Source: Magallana gigas (Eukaryota). Taken from it: a DNA stretch of 64,000 nt. The stretch covers positions 9,548,001-9,612,000 of the forward strand of contig NC_088855.1 of NCBI RefSeq assembly GCF_963853765.1. The letters are read 5' to 3'. The position numbers were made by a program, and so were the translations under genes. Under the pieces are notes generated by a model. The model saw only the letters and a list, made by a program, of their open reading frames with translations, made no database searches and was not told the DNA's origin. Positions 27,364 through 47,300 of the stretch are shown here, in pieces (within the stretch, counting starts at the first letter, position 1; every line of letters starts with the position of its first letter).

Positions 27364-28187
27364 CTTTACGTGTGGAAAGGAAAAAAGCCAGCTACACAGG
27401 TGGGCGTATTAACTTGTTTACCTGTATAAGAGAGCCATAAAAGGAAGTGAAAAGAGACGTGTAAATCTCAGGGACGATCTCAAAACAAGTTATAAACTTC
27501 TGAGAAAAAGTTACACGTACATGCAATATTTTTTTCATGTGTTATCCATACATTATATTGGAATATTATCGAAGAACCTGTGTACATGTACCTTTTTAAG
27601 AAAAGTAATTATATACAAGTATAGCCTTATGTCATCAACAATAATCTGCATGCATGTTAATGTAATGTACGAAGGCCTGCAACATATCCATCGTGAAAAT
27701 GAGAGTATTTCTGGTAGTGGTAGACTATAGAAAAATAAAACCGAACACACAGAAACCAGTAAATTATTTCTATACCATTATTATATTATCCATATCTATC
27801 AGGTGCACATTTTGAGTTTATAATGTCTCCCTATACTTTAGGGAGTCACTTTTAAAAAGTTCTACTTTAAGTATCAAAGGTACAATTTTATCGACTGATA
27901 CATATTTGTTATTTAAGAATTTCTGTTTTAAAATGTTAATTTACCAAAACATTGTCTACTTATTGATATGAAATAATTATTTAAAACAACTACATTGTAT
28001 ATAGATATAGTTGTCGGAGATAATAATTTCTCCCGAGGTTAAAGGTCACAATGGCTGCGCCCATAGAACAACATGGGAAAATGCATTGATCGTTTAAGTA
28101 TATGTTAATGGTGATAGTTGATGCCAGAAACTAGTGACTTTTTCCATGAGACTTTTGATTTCCACTACAGTGTTAATTAGGAGGAAA

Positions 28188-33672
<5,485 letters not shown>

Positions 33673-34025
33673 AAATTTACCTTGTATGTTTTTTTTTATT
33701 CTTAAATTTCAGTGGTGCTTCAATATTTTCAAGTTTTTGGTACATGTATTATTGATTTTATTGGTGTACTTTATTCAAAGAGAAAAGGCGTTCCTGATTG
33801 TTACATTACTTAATGCGAGTACATTTATGAACTATTTTGAGCAAAAATCGTGTTTTAATGGGTCTTTAATATTCAAAGAATGTCAATCTAATAATTGGGT
33901 TTTGTAATTCTCAACCTTCATTAAAATCAACTATCGGTACATGTATTGACACCTATGACAAGATTTGGTGCTGATTGTCATTCATGAATTTTATACAAGT
34001 ATGCGTATCACTGGGACTGACCTTT

Positions 34026-34450
34026 GAAGGGACATGGTCACGATATTGGTCAATAATTATATTTCCGTTTTTAATGTTTACAATACTTCAGAAAGGCATT
34101 TTTAATAGTCTACCAAAATTTGAGAGTCATTCGTCATGTTATAAGCGAAATACAGAGCTCGCAATTCTCTGTCATGTAAACAAACTTTTTGTTCACGTTT
34201 TGAAAGTTGAAGTAAAAATTCCACTTTTAGACCTAAATGAATGTGATTAATGACGGGATATATTTATTTATGCTTAAAACGAATTGGAGGAGCGGGAGAA
34301 ATCAACTCGAAAAAGAACTTTTACCGGTTTATTGAACCAATGTAAACCAAAAAAAAAAAGCAGGGCATAATCCTTGTTTAGATGACAAAGAATTTTGAGC
34401 TCTGTATCTTGCTTATAATTCTACGACTGATACTCAAAATATCGTTGATC
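34026..34450. mobile_element. Degenerate Kolobok-like non-autonomous element
   Basis: Begins TTGAAGGGACATGGTCACGAT, resembling the TTAAAGGGACATGGTCACGAT termini I recall from oyster Kolobok elements. The right end is degraded. Confidence 0.4.
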
Positions 34451-35307
34451 ATTAGAAATGCATTTCAAAAGCAATGTAAACAATCAAAATAGAAAAAATA
34501 TTGCTTCTTTAATTGATCCTGGTTGGTCTTTTTTAGATAATACAACCAGGATTATATTTTTCTGTTTACATATGTTCTCCGAATTAACATTTAAACTCTG
34601 CATAAGAGCCTCTAGATCTTGACTTAGATGCTGAGTTAAGCTCTCAAGGAAAAATTTCAATGAACAGACAGGTCTGTTCACCAAACATTTTCTAAGAAAA
34701 GAAAATGACAATTTTTTATTTTCTTCCATTTAATCAATGACAAGAAATAAATTAATACATTTTTGGCACCTAGTATGATTGACAGCTATCAATAAATATT
34801 TGAATTCATAGAGAATATAACAAAGATAGAGACACCATTACCGACAAAAATGGACGTGATGCAGAACAGCAAGTTCATCAGATGAATAACCAAACAAAGA
34901 TGGAAGTCTCCAACAAAAGCCATATATTGTAACAATGAAAACAGCGAGTTCATTTAGAATGTCACTCGCTGGAATCTGTGGCGTAGAAGTGTGCATATCA
35001 AACGTTTCTCTGCACACTGTCAATTTTTACATCTTCTATTTCAATATGATCCCTTTATACATACCGTATTAGGCCTTTATCTTCAGTATTTTGTACAACA
35101 ACGAGAGATGTCACTTGTACAAAAAGCGATCAACGCTATTGTAAAAAAAAAAAATGGTATTTTTTAGAAGTGTGAATACTGATGATGGATGTTAAACCTA
35201 TAACATTTGTGCTCAATTATAGAAACTGCATGATAAAAGGAAACGTTGCAAAAGTTGATTAACAACAATGTCTTTGTATAATAATGTAATAGAACGTTGA
35301 TCCACCA

Positions 35308-38300
35308 CTACTCTACATCGGCGAGGTTATTGCGCGGGTCATCGCTCCCAATCCCTGCGGCATCGTCTTTCTGAACCTCATCCTCTACATCATCCCATTC
35401 AACGTCTTCCTCTAGTTTGGTGGTCTCTCTGTACGTGGGTGGGGGAGAGAAGTCTTCGTCATCACGGTCTCTCATCTCCATGCCAGGCTCAACCTTGGAG
35501 TTTCCAGCGCCACCTACATACATTACAAAAGTCATAAAGCAACTATCCATTGACAATTATGAAATATCATAAACTTAACTAAAAATTTCAATTGTTTTTC
35601 CAATACGTTTGGATTATCGCCTGACACTTGATATGCGTTGGTAACATCAATAACAATAATAATACTTAAACGTCGTTTACAAATTACGAGAAAGCTTCAT
35701 GATCCTGGGACCATAAGTGATCTCGGATCCGACATAACCATAGACTCGCTGAGTTTAATTAGAAATTTTGAACGAAACAAGGTTTTCAATGATGAAAACA
35801 AACCTTTGCATTTTTTGCAACACGGCCAGCAACAGCAGCATTTGACGCAACATTTCTTGCAGCAGGTCAAGGCGCCGACGACGGTCCATATGCCGGCGCA
35901 ACCCGCGATACAGAATACGCCGGACATCACCATTCCTCCCAGCCCCAGAGCAAAGAAGGTCCCCAGCAACTCGTCAAGAACTGTCAACAACAAAACAACA
36001 GTTAGTTATCATAAATTTTTTCGTTTGACGACATAGCTATACTCTGGAGATTTTTTATTTACAATCTGAACAACCTTTTATCTATTTGATTTTTAGCACT
36101 TTGACAACTTCGGTGGGGGGGGGGGCGCAATAATTTGTGCCACAAATGGAGCCCCAACACTGAGTGGAGAGAGCACAAACAAACATATTCTTGAAGACAG
36201 ACTAAACGTTGGCCGTGTTTATGGAAATAAGTATTCATGATACTCACAGGAGCAGTTGAGTTCGTCCGAGTTGTCGCTGCAGTGCCTGGTTCCGTCACAG
36301 ACCAAGCGGTCGTCGATACAGATGTCCGTGGCCAGCGTGTCATTACAGTAGAATTCCTCAGACTGACAGGGCGCTGTTCAAAGAGAAGTACAATATATAG
36401 CAATCATAACGTGATTGCAAACCACAATATGCAGTAAAATTATTCTAAGCACCCATCTCTTTAGAATTATGCTTGTCAACTTTTATCTACATCTTATAGA
36501 ATTGAATTGAATTTTTTTTCTTCCGGTATTATATTATACTCACAGGGTTCGTAACGGGTTGCTCTGAGTTTAAAACCACTCTTGGTGCCCGAGCCATCAG
36601 TATGGAACACCATGGTCATGTAGCGATCTGTGGGTGTCCCATTGAAGCTGACGCCATGAAGCCCACAGAATTTGCCGACAAGATTTGTGGAGTTTATGGC
36701 GTTCATGTCAGCATCGTAAATGGCCAGGTAATCTTTTGTACAATCGGTTGATGGTTCTACATTGAAGTATTGCCATTCAAATTTGAATTTGGCGCCAGCC
36801 ATTTTGCCAGCATCGAACACCATCGTGCAATCCACGTTGCTGCTGTAGTCCGAAAACCCGAACAAATCCAAGTGGCTGCTCAGGTATGCGCAAGCGTCTT
36901 CCACCCGTTTATTGCAAACTCCCCCAAATGCATTTCCTAAATCGGGATCCATGTAATCTGTAAAAGGAAGAATTTTTAAAAATTTCATTTTTTAATGACT
37001 GTTTCATGTAAATGATTAAATCATGCATGTGCAATGCTATTTATATTTTGGTTAACTATTAAAGTAACGTTGTTCAGTTTTTCTTTTTTTATATTTTTGC
37101 TTTGGTCTTGTTTAAATTGAAACTTCATTTCTTGTCTCAAATCCACCCAAATACTTTCAGAAACACTGCGATGGGCTTACCAAAGACACCCTTTTCATAA
37201 AAGAATTTAAATGCGTGTTATACTATTTAGTCGGTTTAGTTCAATTGTATGCAATGTTTTAAGCTTTAAGATAAATATATTTATTTAGAGTTTTGTGAAG
37301 TTTAAACCTTCCTACATATAAATAAAACCAATATTTTCACAAAGCAAAAAGGAAAATTGTTTTTAATATTGATGAGGGAGTGTAACGGTTTTTATTATCT
37401 GACCTCTAAAGCGCACCTGTCCTTAGGAGTTCTTGAGAGTTTTTGGAGAAGATGTTAATATCCTTTGTCTGGATGAGGTCCAGACATCAAACGCCATAAC
37501 TGAATGATTGTGTTTACTAAATATTATGAACTTTCTCAGTCTCCACCCCACCCACCTCTTCTTTCGCGCACCTTTGATGTCGCGGCTGCAGACGCTTATA
37601 TCCAGACTCTAATTGCCAGTTGTTTAACACGTATTGAAGTAAATGTTGTTTACTAGGATGGAAGATATTATTTTTTTATATTAAAAATGCCATATAATTT
37701 TCAAACTCCTCGAGAGATGTCCTTTACAAACAAGACTGTTTGGTAATCAATCATTTTACGCGACAACTTGTTCAATTACATGTACATGTGTAGTTCTATC
37801 TACAAATGTAAGTCGGTGGATTTTTCGTCTTTTTGACTCAAATTGAGTTTAATATTTCACGTCGACCTCCTGAAGAAGTTTCTTTCAAGAAGTCATATGC
37901 AATGGATTGATTGCCTTGTCTGTTGTACTTTTACAATAAAACAAAAATATGGATGATAATCCTCATGTTTTTTAAGAAATGTCGTGTATCTTAATTGAAA
38001 AACGAGAGAAATGCCATACTGTTATTTGAGTTATAAATTGACCAGGTAGGTATATTTTTTATAGTTACACGGTAAATACAAATTTACACGCATCGTGTAT
38101 AAACTCTAATTTACAAAATGACAGCTATGATATATTTCTGGAAAAAAAAAGTTTACTGCGTTTAGGAAAATGGGCGATCAATAAAAATTACTTATCTCCA
38201 AATAAAGGACTTCTCCGTTTTTTTACCCTGCACTCTCTCCCTCATTCCATCGGAAAGAAAATAAATCAAATACGATTCAATATATTATAGAAAATTCCAT

Positions 38301-39011
38301 TAAAGCTAAACATATATTCTTTCTATGACAGTAAATACATGTATATTAATTAATTGATTAATCAATTATTTTATCTATTAATCAATCTAATTTTTTTTTA
38401 TTCATTTATTTATTTGTTCATTTATTTTTTTATGAATTGTAAAATAGAACATGGACTGCTTGATATTTGACATACTTTCTCTTTAAAAAAAAATATACAA
38501 TGTCTTACAAGAAAAGGATATCACACGGTCAGTATATATGTATATAATTTGTAAAGGGATTAGTGATTTAACGAATTAAAAGTAAATCTCTCTTGCAGTT
38601 TTAACCTGGCAAGTTCAAGGGGTAATTAGGGCAAAGTCTTCGTAATATTAGTTCATGGTCCAATATTACACATTTCAACTTAGCATGAAATTCACATTTT
38701 TCAATAAGAAAGCATAATAGTAAATCAAAAAATTATTTATTTGTTATAGCTAGGAATAAAATAGAGACGAAATAAACATTTTTTTTCTTTTAAAAATTTA
38801 AAAAAATTAAATAAGAAAATTGGTTAGAAAAAAAAAATAAATCAAAAGAAAGACAGAAAATAGAAAATTATGATTAAACGTTTAAACGATTCTTACGTTA
38901 AAAACGTTCAAACAGATACTTACAGTCGGCGATCAAGTAAAAGCCAAAAGAGGAAGAAAATGTGAGGAAAAAAGCAACGATTCTGACACACGACTCCCCG
39001 TGGTTCTTCAT
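35308..39011 (-). CDS. Type I membrane protein: signal peptide, CUB, LDLa, TM, Cys-string and PPxY tail (about 336 aa)
   Basis: Phase-consistent exons 39011-38924, 36957-36544 (CUB: CTKDYLAIYD..GKFCG..MTMVFHTDGS..GFKL), 36373-36248 (LDLa: CQSEEFYC..CIDDRLVCDGTRHCSDNSDELNC), 35980-35804 (TM and Cys-rich) and 35513-35308 (PPPTY). Confidence 0.88.
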
Positions 39012-39460
39012 GGTGATTTGCTGGGGGCCTAAATTTCCTTTCTGATAGACACTGTCACGGTCTCCTCAGCAAGACAGGACTTTAGGACACCATAAGCAAG
39101 CGTAATGTGAGCGAAAGACGGAAAAGTCTTAGAAGGTGCCCTATATTTAATTTAAACCTACATGCAGAATTAAAGCGCGCCTGATAAAACAGGACGATTG
39201 TTACCTTCCAATAATGCACATAAGAAGATTAGGCGAACAAAGGATGGTAAAAATGGAAGGCCCCTTTTCTTTGTTTCAATTGAATTTGATAATATACAAA
39301 CTATTTGAAAGACAATGTTTTATTTTCACAATGAATTAAGTTGCCATCACGATACAGCCAATACATTAGATGCCGGGATCAACTCTAAATAAGACATGTT
39401 GTGTACACCAACTCACGCGTTTGGAATTTACGACAATTTTTAGTAAAAATATTTGAGAAC

Positions 39461-40030
39461 AAATATCATTGCGAAAAAAATTAGAAATTTACATTTTACT
39501 TATATTTTATAGTGGCCTAAGTATTTCATATATATTTATGATATTCCCGGCCTCTTTCAAGAGGCAAGAAATTATTTCAAACAAAATACCTTTGTCCGGT
39601 CATTAATTGTCTCAAATAGCTCAAATTTCGAATAGGGGCGTTCATCTTTAAAAAAAAATGTGTTTTTCTTACAATGTTAAAGTATTCCATGTACAACAGT
39701 AAATGTTTAAAAAGTCTGTTACCACATACAAATATATTTTTTGAAATATCATTGCGAAAAAAATTAGAAATTTACATTTTACTTATATTTCATAGTGGCC
39801 TAAGTATTTCATATATATTTATGATATTCCCGGCCTCTTTCAAGAGGCAAGAAATTATTTCAAACAAAATACCTTTGTCCGGTCATTAATTGTCTCAGAT
39901 AGCTCAAATTTCGAATAGGGGCGTTCATCTTTAAAAAAAAAAATGTGTTTTTCTTACAATGTTAAAGTATTCCATGTACAACAGTAAATGTTTAAAAAGT
40001 CTGTTACCACATACAAATATATTTTTTGAA
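39461..40030. repeat. About 285-bp tandem duplication (2 near-identical copies)
   Basis: AAATATCATTGCGAAAAAAATTAG occurs at 39461 and 39744. Duplicate ORFs at 39674 and 39959 share the same N-terminus. Confidence 0.9.
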
Positions 40031-40526
40031 GTCTACAAAATTATTGACTTAAATTCGCTTAAAGTATTACACATGTATAGTTTACAAATATGTACATCTT
40101 ATATATTAATGCAAGAAACAATCTTTTTGAATTACTTTTTAATAGGCTTGAAGAAACAATTTTAATTATCTCACATTTGCTTCTTTGAGGTAGTGACAAT
40201 TTGTCTTACAATACAAACTGCTTTATTTTTTCAGCAGTTCAAAAGTTCATTTAAGAGTCTGGAAGATTTAATAATTAAATTCCTTTTTTATTTTGCTTTT
40301 TATACTGTATATTAACGTTATCTACTATATATTTGCTATTACTTTGTAAATGCATGTCTATGAATTTAATTATTATAAAGTCAATAACTATAAGTAACAT
40401 GTAATATTACTATGACAATTGTATATATTGTATGTATTAATATTAGGAGAGGAACTTGTAAATTGTAAGAACCTGTTTCCAATCCTTTTCTGTAATTTAC
40501 ACAATAAAATATGTTCAAATCAAATC
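40030..40526 (+). mobile_element. 5'-truncated, decayed LINE (CR1/L2-like) 3' end
   Basis: Degenerate translation CTSY..INARNNLF..HLLL*GSDNLSYNTNCFIFSAVQKFI*ESGRF resembles ORF2 C-termini. It ends in AATAAAATATGTTCAAATCAAATCA, a short-repeat tail. Confidence 0.65.
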
Positions 40527-41959
40527 ATATATTAGGCGTGGATATAAAACAAGAGAGAATGCGCGGTCCGGAGCCCAAGGAATCTACATAGATAGTTAAT
40601 TGACCCCCCCCCCATCCCCCCCACCACCCACACACAAATCCTCAATCCTGTATTACCTGTAAGGTTTAGGAGAATTCTTTAAATGTTTAACATGATATTA
40701 AAACGAGAAATAATAATTTAAAACAAATAATTTTAAAAATCCAGATTTTTGCAAACTGGATGAAACCAATTAGAGAATTGACCCATTGAAATATTTGGGG
40801 GAGGGGCACATAGGATGAGAGCTGTTCAATATTTCCTTTGTACATTAATGAGATTCGGGTAACCAGATCCGTAAAAGCATCAACAACGACCTATGGAGAA
40901 CCAAACTTTACGTATTGCCCTCACAATTAACTAATGTCTCTCTCACAGCACCTCCCAGTCTGGGTATCAGTGTAAATAATTGTTTTATGCAAATTTTTAT
41001 TATGAAGAACCAAACTTTATGTAATGAACAATACCCCACTCCCTCTAACCATGGTCACTCTCACAGTTCGCAAAACTGTCTCTTCTAATTTTATCAGTGG
41101 CGAATATGATCTGATTTCGGACTAATTGGATTAAAGCATGTTTATTTATACCAAAGTAACCGGTATTCTATGTTTTTGTCTTGCCTCTAATTAATTGAAT
41201 ACATTCTTTTATCTAAACGAAATCAACCAAGTCCATATGTACTGCACGTGTACTTATATTAAACACCGCACAATCCTTAGACTGTATTTAATTATACAGC
41301 TAATCTAGGGGATCGATAATTATAAGATTGTTTTAATGACCAAAGTTTAACCCACTTTTTGACTAGTTCAAACTATGTAAGACGGGTTAATGTAGGGTAA
41401 AGGCTTTCATGAAGTTTATAAATTCACCTTATTAAGGGTATATTTGTAAATTCTCTTGACAAAATAATATTATTTACATCATCATTTATATACTCGATCG
41501 GGTCGTTTTAAATATTCACCAGTGTTATAATCGATTTATTAGCATACACTGCTTGTATACGTATGGCATTCTTTGGTGCTATTCAAATAAGACATACGTT
41601 ATTTGTCAAAATTATCTTTAATATCATTTCAAAATGTCATATCAATGTATAGAATCCATGTTATAGCCCGGCTTTGATAATAGTGAAAAAAAAGAGGAGA
41701 ATTTACATCCCTCAGCAATAATACAATATGCTTACAGATATATTCATTTTATAGCATTGTTCATGATATGGGAGAAAAATCTATGCGTACAACTGTTCAA
41801 CACTGAAGTCATTATATGTATAAAGAAATGAATTCCTTATAAATAGATTACATCGCGGTCATGTACATATAAACAAACAATAAACAATAGGTACATGTAT
41901 ACTACATGTACATGCACACTTCTGTGTGAAAATATGAGGCACCGGTTAATTTTTCTGAT

Positions 41960-42350
41960 ATTAAAGAGATATATTTTATGTTATTATACTTTCATGTTAA
42001 ATACTGAAATCTGATTGGTTTAGACGCAGTTGATAATCCGTTCTATTACCCTCAGCGTAAGCAACACACTTAGCAACGGGTAACACAACGAATTGTTACA
42101 TGCGCGTAAATTATGCGCGTACGGTTTGCCGTAAAATTCATGTCATTTCTTTAAAAAAGCAGTAAAAAATTCTCTAAAATTAAGACATTCAGTATAATAA
42201 AATAAATAGTGCCTGTTTGGGAGGATAACAGTTGAAATTGACACCCCTCGAAAACCATTGTCAACCTCCGCTTCGCGTCGGTTGACTATGGTTTCCTCGG
42301 GGTGTCAATTTCAACTGTTATACCCTCCCAAACAGGCACTATTTATATAA
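41960..42350. mobile_element. Non-autonomous element with a long terminal palindrome (Crypton-like by recall)
   Basis: About 140-bp hairpin ATAAATAGTGCCTGTTTGGGAGG..CGCTTCGCGTCGG..CCTCCCAAACAGGCACTATTTAT at 42203-42346. The superfamily assignment is inference. Confidence 0.55.
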
Positions 42351-42626
42351 TGTCAAGAAATCAGTTTGAATTTATGATCTCAAAAACTTATTTTCCGATA
42401 TTGAAAATGAAATTGCCGGTATCAGAAAAATGGTATCAGAAAGAACTTATTTACTTATTCATATACGTTGTGCCATCATGACAGGTTCTCTCACCGCAAT
42501 ATAAAATGTTAAGTGTAATATTAACATGATTATAACTTTATATAAAACATTATGTAAATATATATACACGCTTTTTCGCAAATATGTATTTTAGCAAATA
42601 TATTTTAAAGCTATGGTTCATTAAAA

Positions 42627-42822
42627 CATAAGAATAAAATGCTTTCTTTGGTGATTTATGCGGGATATAAACTGATAAAGGTAGCGACATTGTTGAAAAA
42701 ATACATCATAACCCGCGTTGTGTTAACGCGGGTTATGTAATTTTTTTATGCAACGATCGCTATACCTTCATATACAGAATATAACCCGCATGAAAATTCT
42801 AAGAAATCATTTTTATTGTTTA
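42627..42822. mobile_element. Degenerate palindromic element centred on CATAACCCGCGTT-GTGTT-AACGCGGGTTATG
   Basis: An imperfect inverted repeat extends about 95 bp on each side. Confidence 0.5.
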
Positions 42823-43403
42823 TATTTACATTTAAATTAATGAATTGATCGTAAAGAGTAAGTAAAATTTACTTAATTATTGTTAATGTAAATCAATGCG
42901 TTAAAGTATTTACCCATAAGTGAGTCGCCATAAGATATTGGAATTTGAGTCCGATATCACCATGATTATTTCGGTCAGTCCGTGATTTTTCTTAGGCTTC
43001 TAAAAGTCAATCGACCAATCGATAAACTGGTTAGAACTGGGTATTGTAGATTTCAGTTCTATCAGTTTCTGCAAGGCTATGAATTACATATGAAATTTCC
43101 GTAAGAAATAGAGCGACTCATATCTGAATGTAATAAAAAAAAAACCAAAATACATTCGTAAGTTCTGCATCTCCATTCACTATTCATTTATGTTAGTTTG
43201 TCTGTGTGTATCATTCGTAACTAAGTGTGTAAACAAAAAAAAAAACCAAAAAACCAAAAACAAAAACCGCTACGATTTCATCTTGAGATCGAATCGATTT
43301 AAGTAATCGAATAGATTTAAGTACAACGACGGAAGCGAACGCCGCCATTTCTACTTTCGCTTTGTCTCAATGATATTTGAAACATCTTTTCACAACTACA
43401 GCA

Positions 43404-44303
43404 ATGGTTCTTAAGCTTGCAAAGTTATTGGTATGTATATGCCAAATTAAATGAGCCGAACACATACTCAGGTTACATTAACCAGGGTTATCGGTTTAAT
43501 AATACATGTATATAGTTGACTCCCAAGATTCTGCTTTTAGCAGATTCGGAAAGAAAACCCGTGGGTTCCGACGATGCTGTTAACATGGTTAACCTTAGTT
43601 ACAAATTGTAAAACCATACTTATCAGGAAAAATATATTTTGTAATTGTAAATGCTCATGTTTTGTAAATTTGTATAGACATAATATGCAAATTATTATTA
43701 TACAAAGCATTACTCATATATTTTTGTCTCTTTGGTATACCTAACTGTTTTGCTGCACATAACTGTAAATGTGATTGTTCTGTCTTCGATTACAGGGGAT
43801 TGTTGGAACAGGTGTTCTGATTGGGATATACATTGACCAGAACTACGAGGTAAAAACTTTCCAACATTTTCTATTCTCACTTGCTTTTAGAGGAGAGATA
43901 TTTTTAACATACATGTATTACATTTGGCTGTGTATTCTATGAACAAAATTAATTTTTGGGGGAAAGAAGCTTCAGCTTCATGACGTATATCACCAAATGT
44001 TAAGCATGTATATTCATAAATGCCCTAAATCAAATCTTAAAGCAAACTTAATGAAAATTTAAAATCCGCCAAATATTGCATTCATGTGAAACATTGACAG
44101 TATTATCATTAGGATGAAAATGAATCAATATCACTATAAAAAATCAAGTGGCTTAAGATGAGAATTGCATAATGGATTAATTATTTTAAAGATGTATCCA
44201 TCTGTTTTTAATTAAGGTACCCCGTGTCAACAAACAATCATGGGATAACCTAATGAAGAAAATGGATGACATGAAGAAAGACAGTAAAAAGGACCAGTCC
44301 TGA
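43404..44303 (+). CDS. STMP1: Short transmembrane mitochondrial protein 1 (55-aa microprotein), 3 exons
   Basis: Exons 43404-43430, 43796-43849 and 44217-44303 give MVLKLAKLLGIVGTGVLIGIYIDQNYEVPRVNKQSWDNLMKKMDDMKKDSKKDQS*. The G-x-Y-x-x-QNY[ED]-x-P signature matches the STMP1/C7orf73 family. Confidence 0.85.
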
Positions 44304-47300
44304 CACATGTAGCAATGCATTTATGTGATTTTTGATTTATACAACTGTGAACTACATTTTTGTACTGTTAAAAAAACCCAATAAATATATACATTCCTAA
44401 TTGGAATTACTGTTACCTTTTTTAATTTTGCTTACCTGGACTTTATGTATAGCTATTATATTATTTAGACATCCACTGTACAAGTACCGGTATTAGAATT
44501 CATTTTTATCACATCAATGATCCCCTTTATAAGTTAGCATCATCAATTTTTTTTTAATGAAAATCTTTATTAAACTGAATCATCCACAAAATTATATCCC
44601 CTTGTATACAGTTATCTTCAGCAATAATTGTATAATGTTTTCAAATTCTAGCAGCACTTGAAAGGCCTATATAAAATGCCCGGCAGTTTGCCAGCTGTGT
44701 TTATATATCTTCTGAGAGGATTAATACATTGTATTTGTTTAAATTGTGATTTATAAACACAAGAACAACTTGAGAAAGTTAGAAAAATATTCATTTACTT
44801 GTACTTATCACAATTAATGCAAGAACAATGAATACACAATTAATTCATGGAGGCATATTAGCTTTACAATTCAAAGCATGAAAAGAAAAACTACCACATG
44901 AAAGTTCAGTTGAAAATAAGTTGTATCACATCTTGATATAAAGTATGTACAATGCTAAATGAATTTAAAGAATTCTTGAGGTGGGTGTGAAAACATCAGA
45001 TCTTTTTTGTTATCTTTTGCTTCATCTACATATACTATATTACAAATATGGGTTCATAATGCAAAAACAGGTCTATCTTCTATTGCATTGTATACATCAT
45101 TTTGTACATACCATTAAATAGTAAGTACAAAATTGTATTTCATCATATTGTACATACCTGGGAATATTTTTAACAATGAGCATAAAATTATACCCCTGAC
45201 CATGGGGAAAACGAGTTTTTAACTTATTTACTAGAATCATGCATACTGTTGAATGAACAATATTTCTTTATATAAACAATCACTGGGGAAATGTCCCAGG
45301 TTTTTCAGTTTTATTCTCAAGATTCACAATCCTATACAAAAAAAATTAACTGGATAATAAATGCAGATAATAACTTCTGATAACAATGACTTAAGGACAG
45401 ACGAGACGTTCCTCAATTGTATATAATTTTCCTTATTTATTAACATTTAAACCTGTTAATTCCCAAAAATTCAGAGTACATTACCAGGCTCATTTCAGAG
45501 CTAGAATATTTAGAATTTTCCTTAAAATAGCACGCAAAATGCATTTGAATGCTTATAAGTAAAGTCATACTATATATTTTCAATTAAACACTTTATATCC
45601 AAATAAAAAAAGATTCATATTACATATAAATATAATTATGAAATTACGAAGTGGAAATCTTCATATTGTGGAGATAGGAAAAAATGGAAGATAGGTTGCG
45701 TCTGACCTTAACATCAATATACTATACACAGTAAAAGGATAAAGACACAACAATGGCAAATTAACTGAATCAAAAAATTGTACAGTAAAATAAAAGGAAG
45801 GATTTCCCCTTCAGTTATTTTATCATAATCTATTTGGCACAAGATAAAATCACTGCTTTAACAGCAATACATTAATTTTGTTATAATATTTGTCATTTCA
45901 GTTTAATTAAATAATATTATGCTTTAAACAACAAACCATGAACAGTATCACATTATGCAATGTTACACAAAATTAAGAATTACCGTACTCAAGCTTTAGT
46001 GAAGAAAAAAAAATACAATGCCTTAAATTATACATGTACATATACCTAAAAAGCACCTTATCATTTGTAAACATATACATATTATATTCTATGATCATAA
46101 ATTGCACACATTCCCCTAGCTAGTCTCTTAATCAAATTGCAAGTGTGATGATCGACTCAATTTAAACTATCCCACTTCTTTATGATTAACTTTTGAAGTT
46201 AAACAAACTATGATTTCACCTCCGAGTCAATATCTTTTTATTGCCTATATACCGGTATAACCTATTAAAATGATTATAATAAATGCAGTTTGTTTCTTTT
46301 TTAAATGGATTTCAAAATCCCCAAGTGTGTCTTTCTCCACATGCCAAAACATGTCTTGGTACATTGAAAAAGAAAATCCAATCTTTGGTTTTCAACCATC
46401 AAGAAAAGATTAGGTCTGCTGTCCATGGTTTTATACTGAACAAAATATTTGAAAGCACCGACACATAAGTTTGAGATGACAAAGTAAGTATATGTAGTAG
46501 ATACATATAGTAAGAAATATCTAGACACTACATCACAGCATAGGGCCCAGAAGGCATGACTTTGTCTTATTCCTGCACGTATACAAAAATAAATCTATTT
46601 GAAAATAAATGACTATTGAGATCTAAAACACATCATATGTAATTAGATCTAGCTCTCTTCATATAACATATTATAGTACAAGTTTACTTCAAAAGTAAAA
46701 GTAAATCAATCTTTAATCTAAATAGGTTAGGAGGAACATATCCAATATTATAATATGTGATAAGTTTAATGCTATAGTCAATCTAAAGAGATTTGCCTCT
46801 AACTACAAATTATAAGAATTACTTGCACACTTGTCCATAAACTAAACCTCACCTAGCTAGCATATGTGCAGGAAAGATCTGATGTATTATTATCAAAAAT
46901 ATTTATAAATACTGCATTAAACTACCCGTTAGAAAAAAATTTTAATGAAAATAAATTTTGGATGTAGATAGTTTAAAATGATTGAAAATTGATACATGTA
47001 TTTTAAACACAAAGGCACATTGCAGTGAAACATAGGGGTTATAGCTACTTTTATTGGTAAGAAATAAGATGTGCAATTCTTTATGCAATGTACTAGTATC
47101 TCACAAGATTAAAAAAAAAAATTTACTTAAGCAAAATTTGAGATCAATAATTGTAAATCAATCTAAAGCACTAAACATATACCCACTTTCCAGGTTTTGT
47201 TATTTCAAACATTTTCATACTTCGGGGGGGGGGGGGGGGGGGGGTGTCACAAATTTCTTCACGACTTTGAGGGCAAGTATATGGAATATATATGTAGTCA

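Noticed and set aside
35638-36437. Plus-strand ORFs at 35638 (Gln-rich) and 36237
   Set aside because: Antisense to exons of the CUB-LDLa gene. The same applies to 917-1246 (lyase) and 25799-26119 (coactosin).
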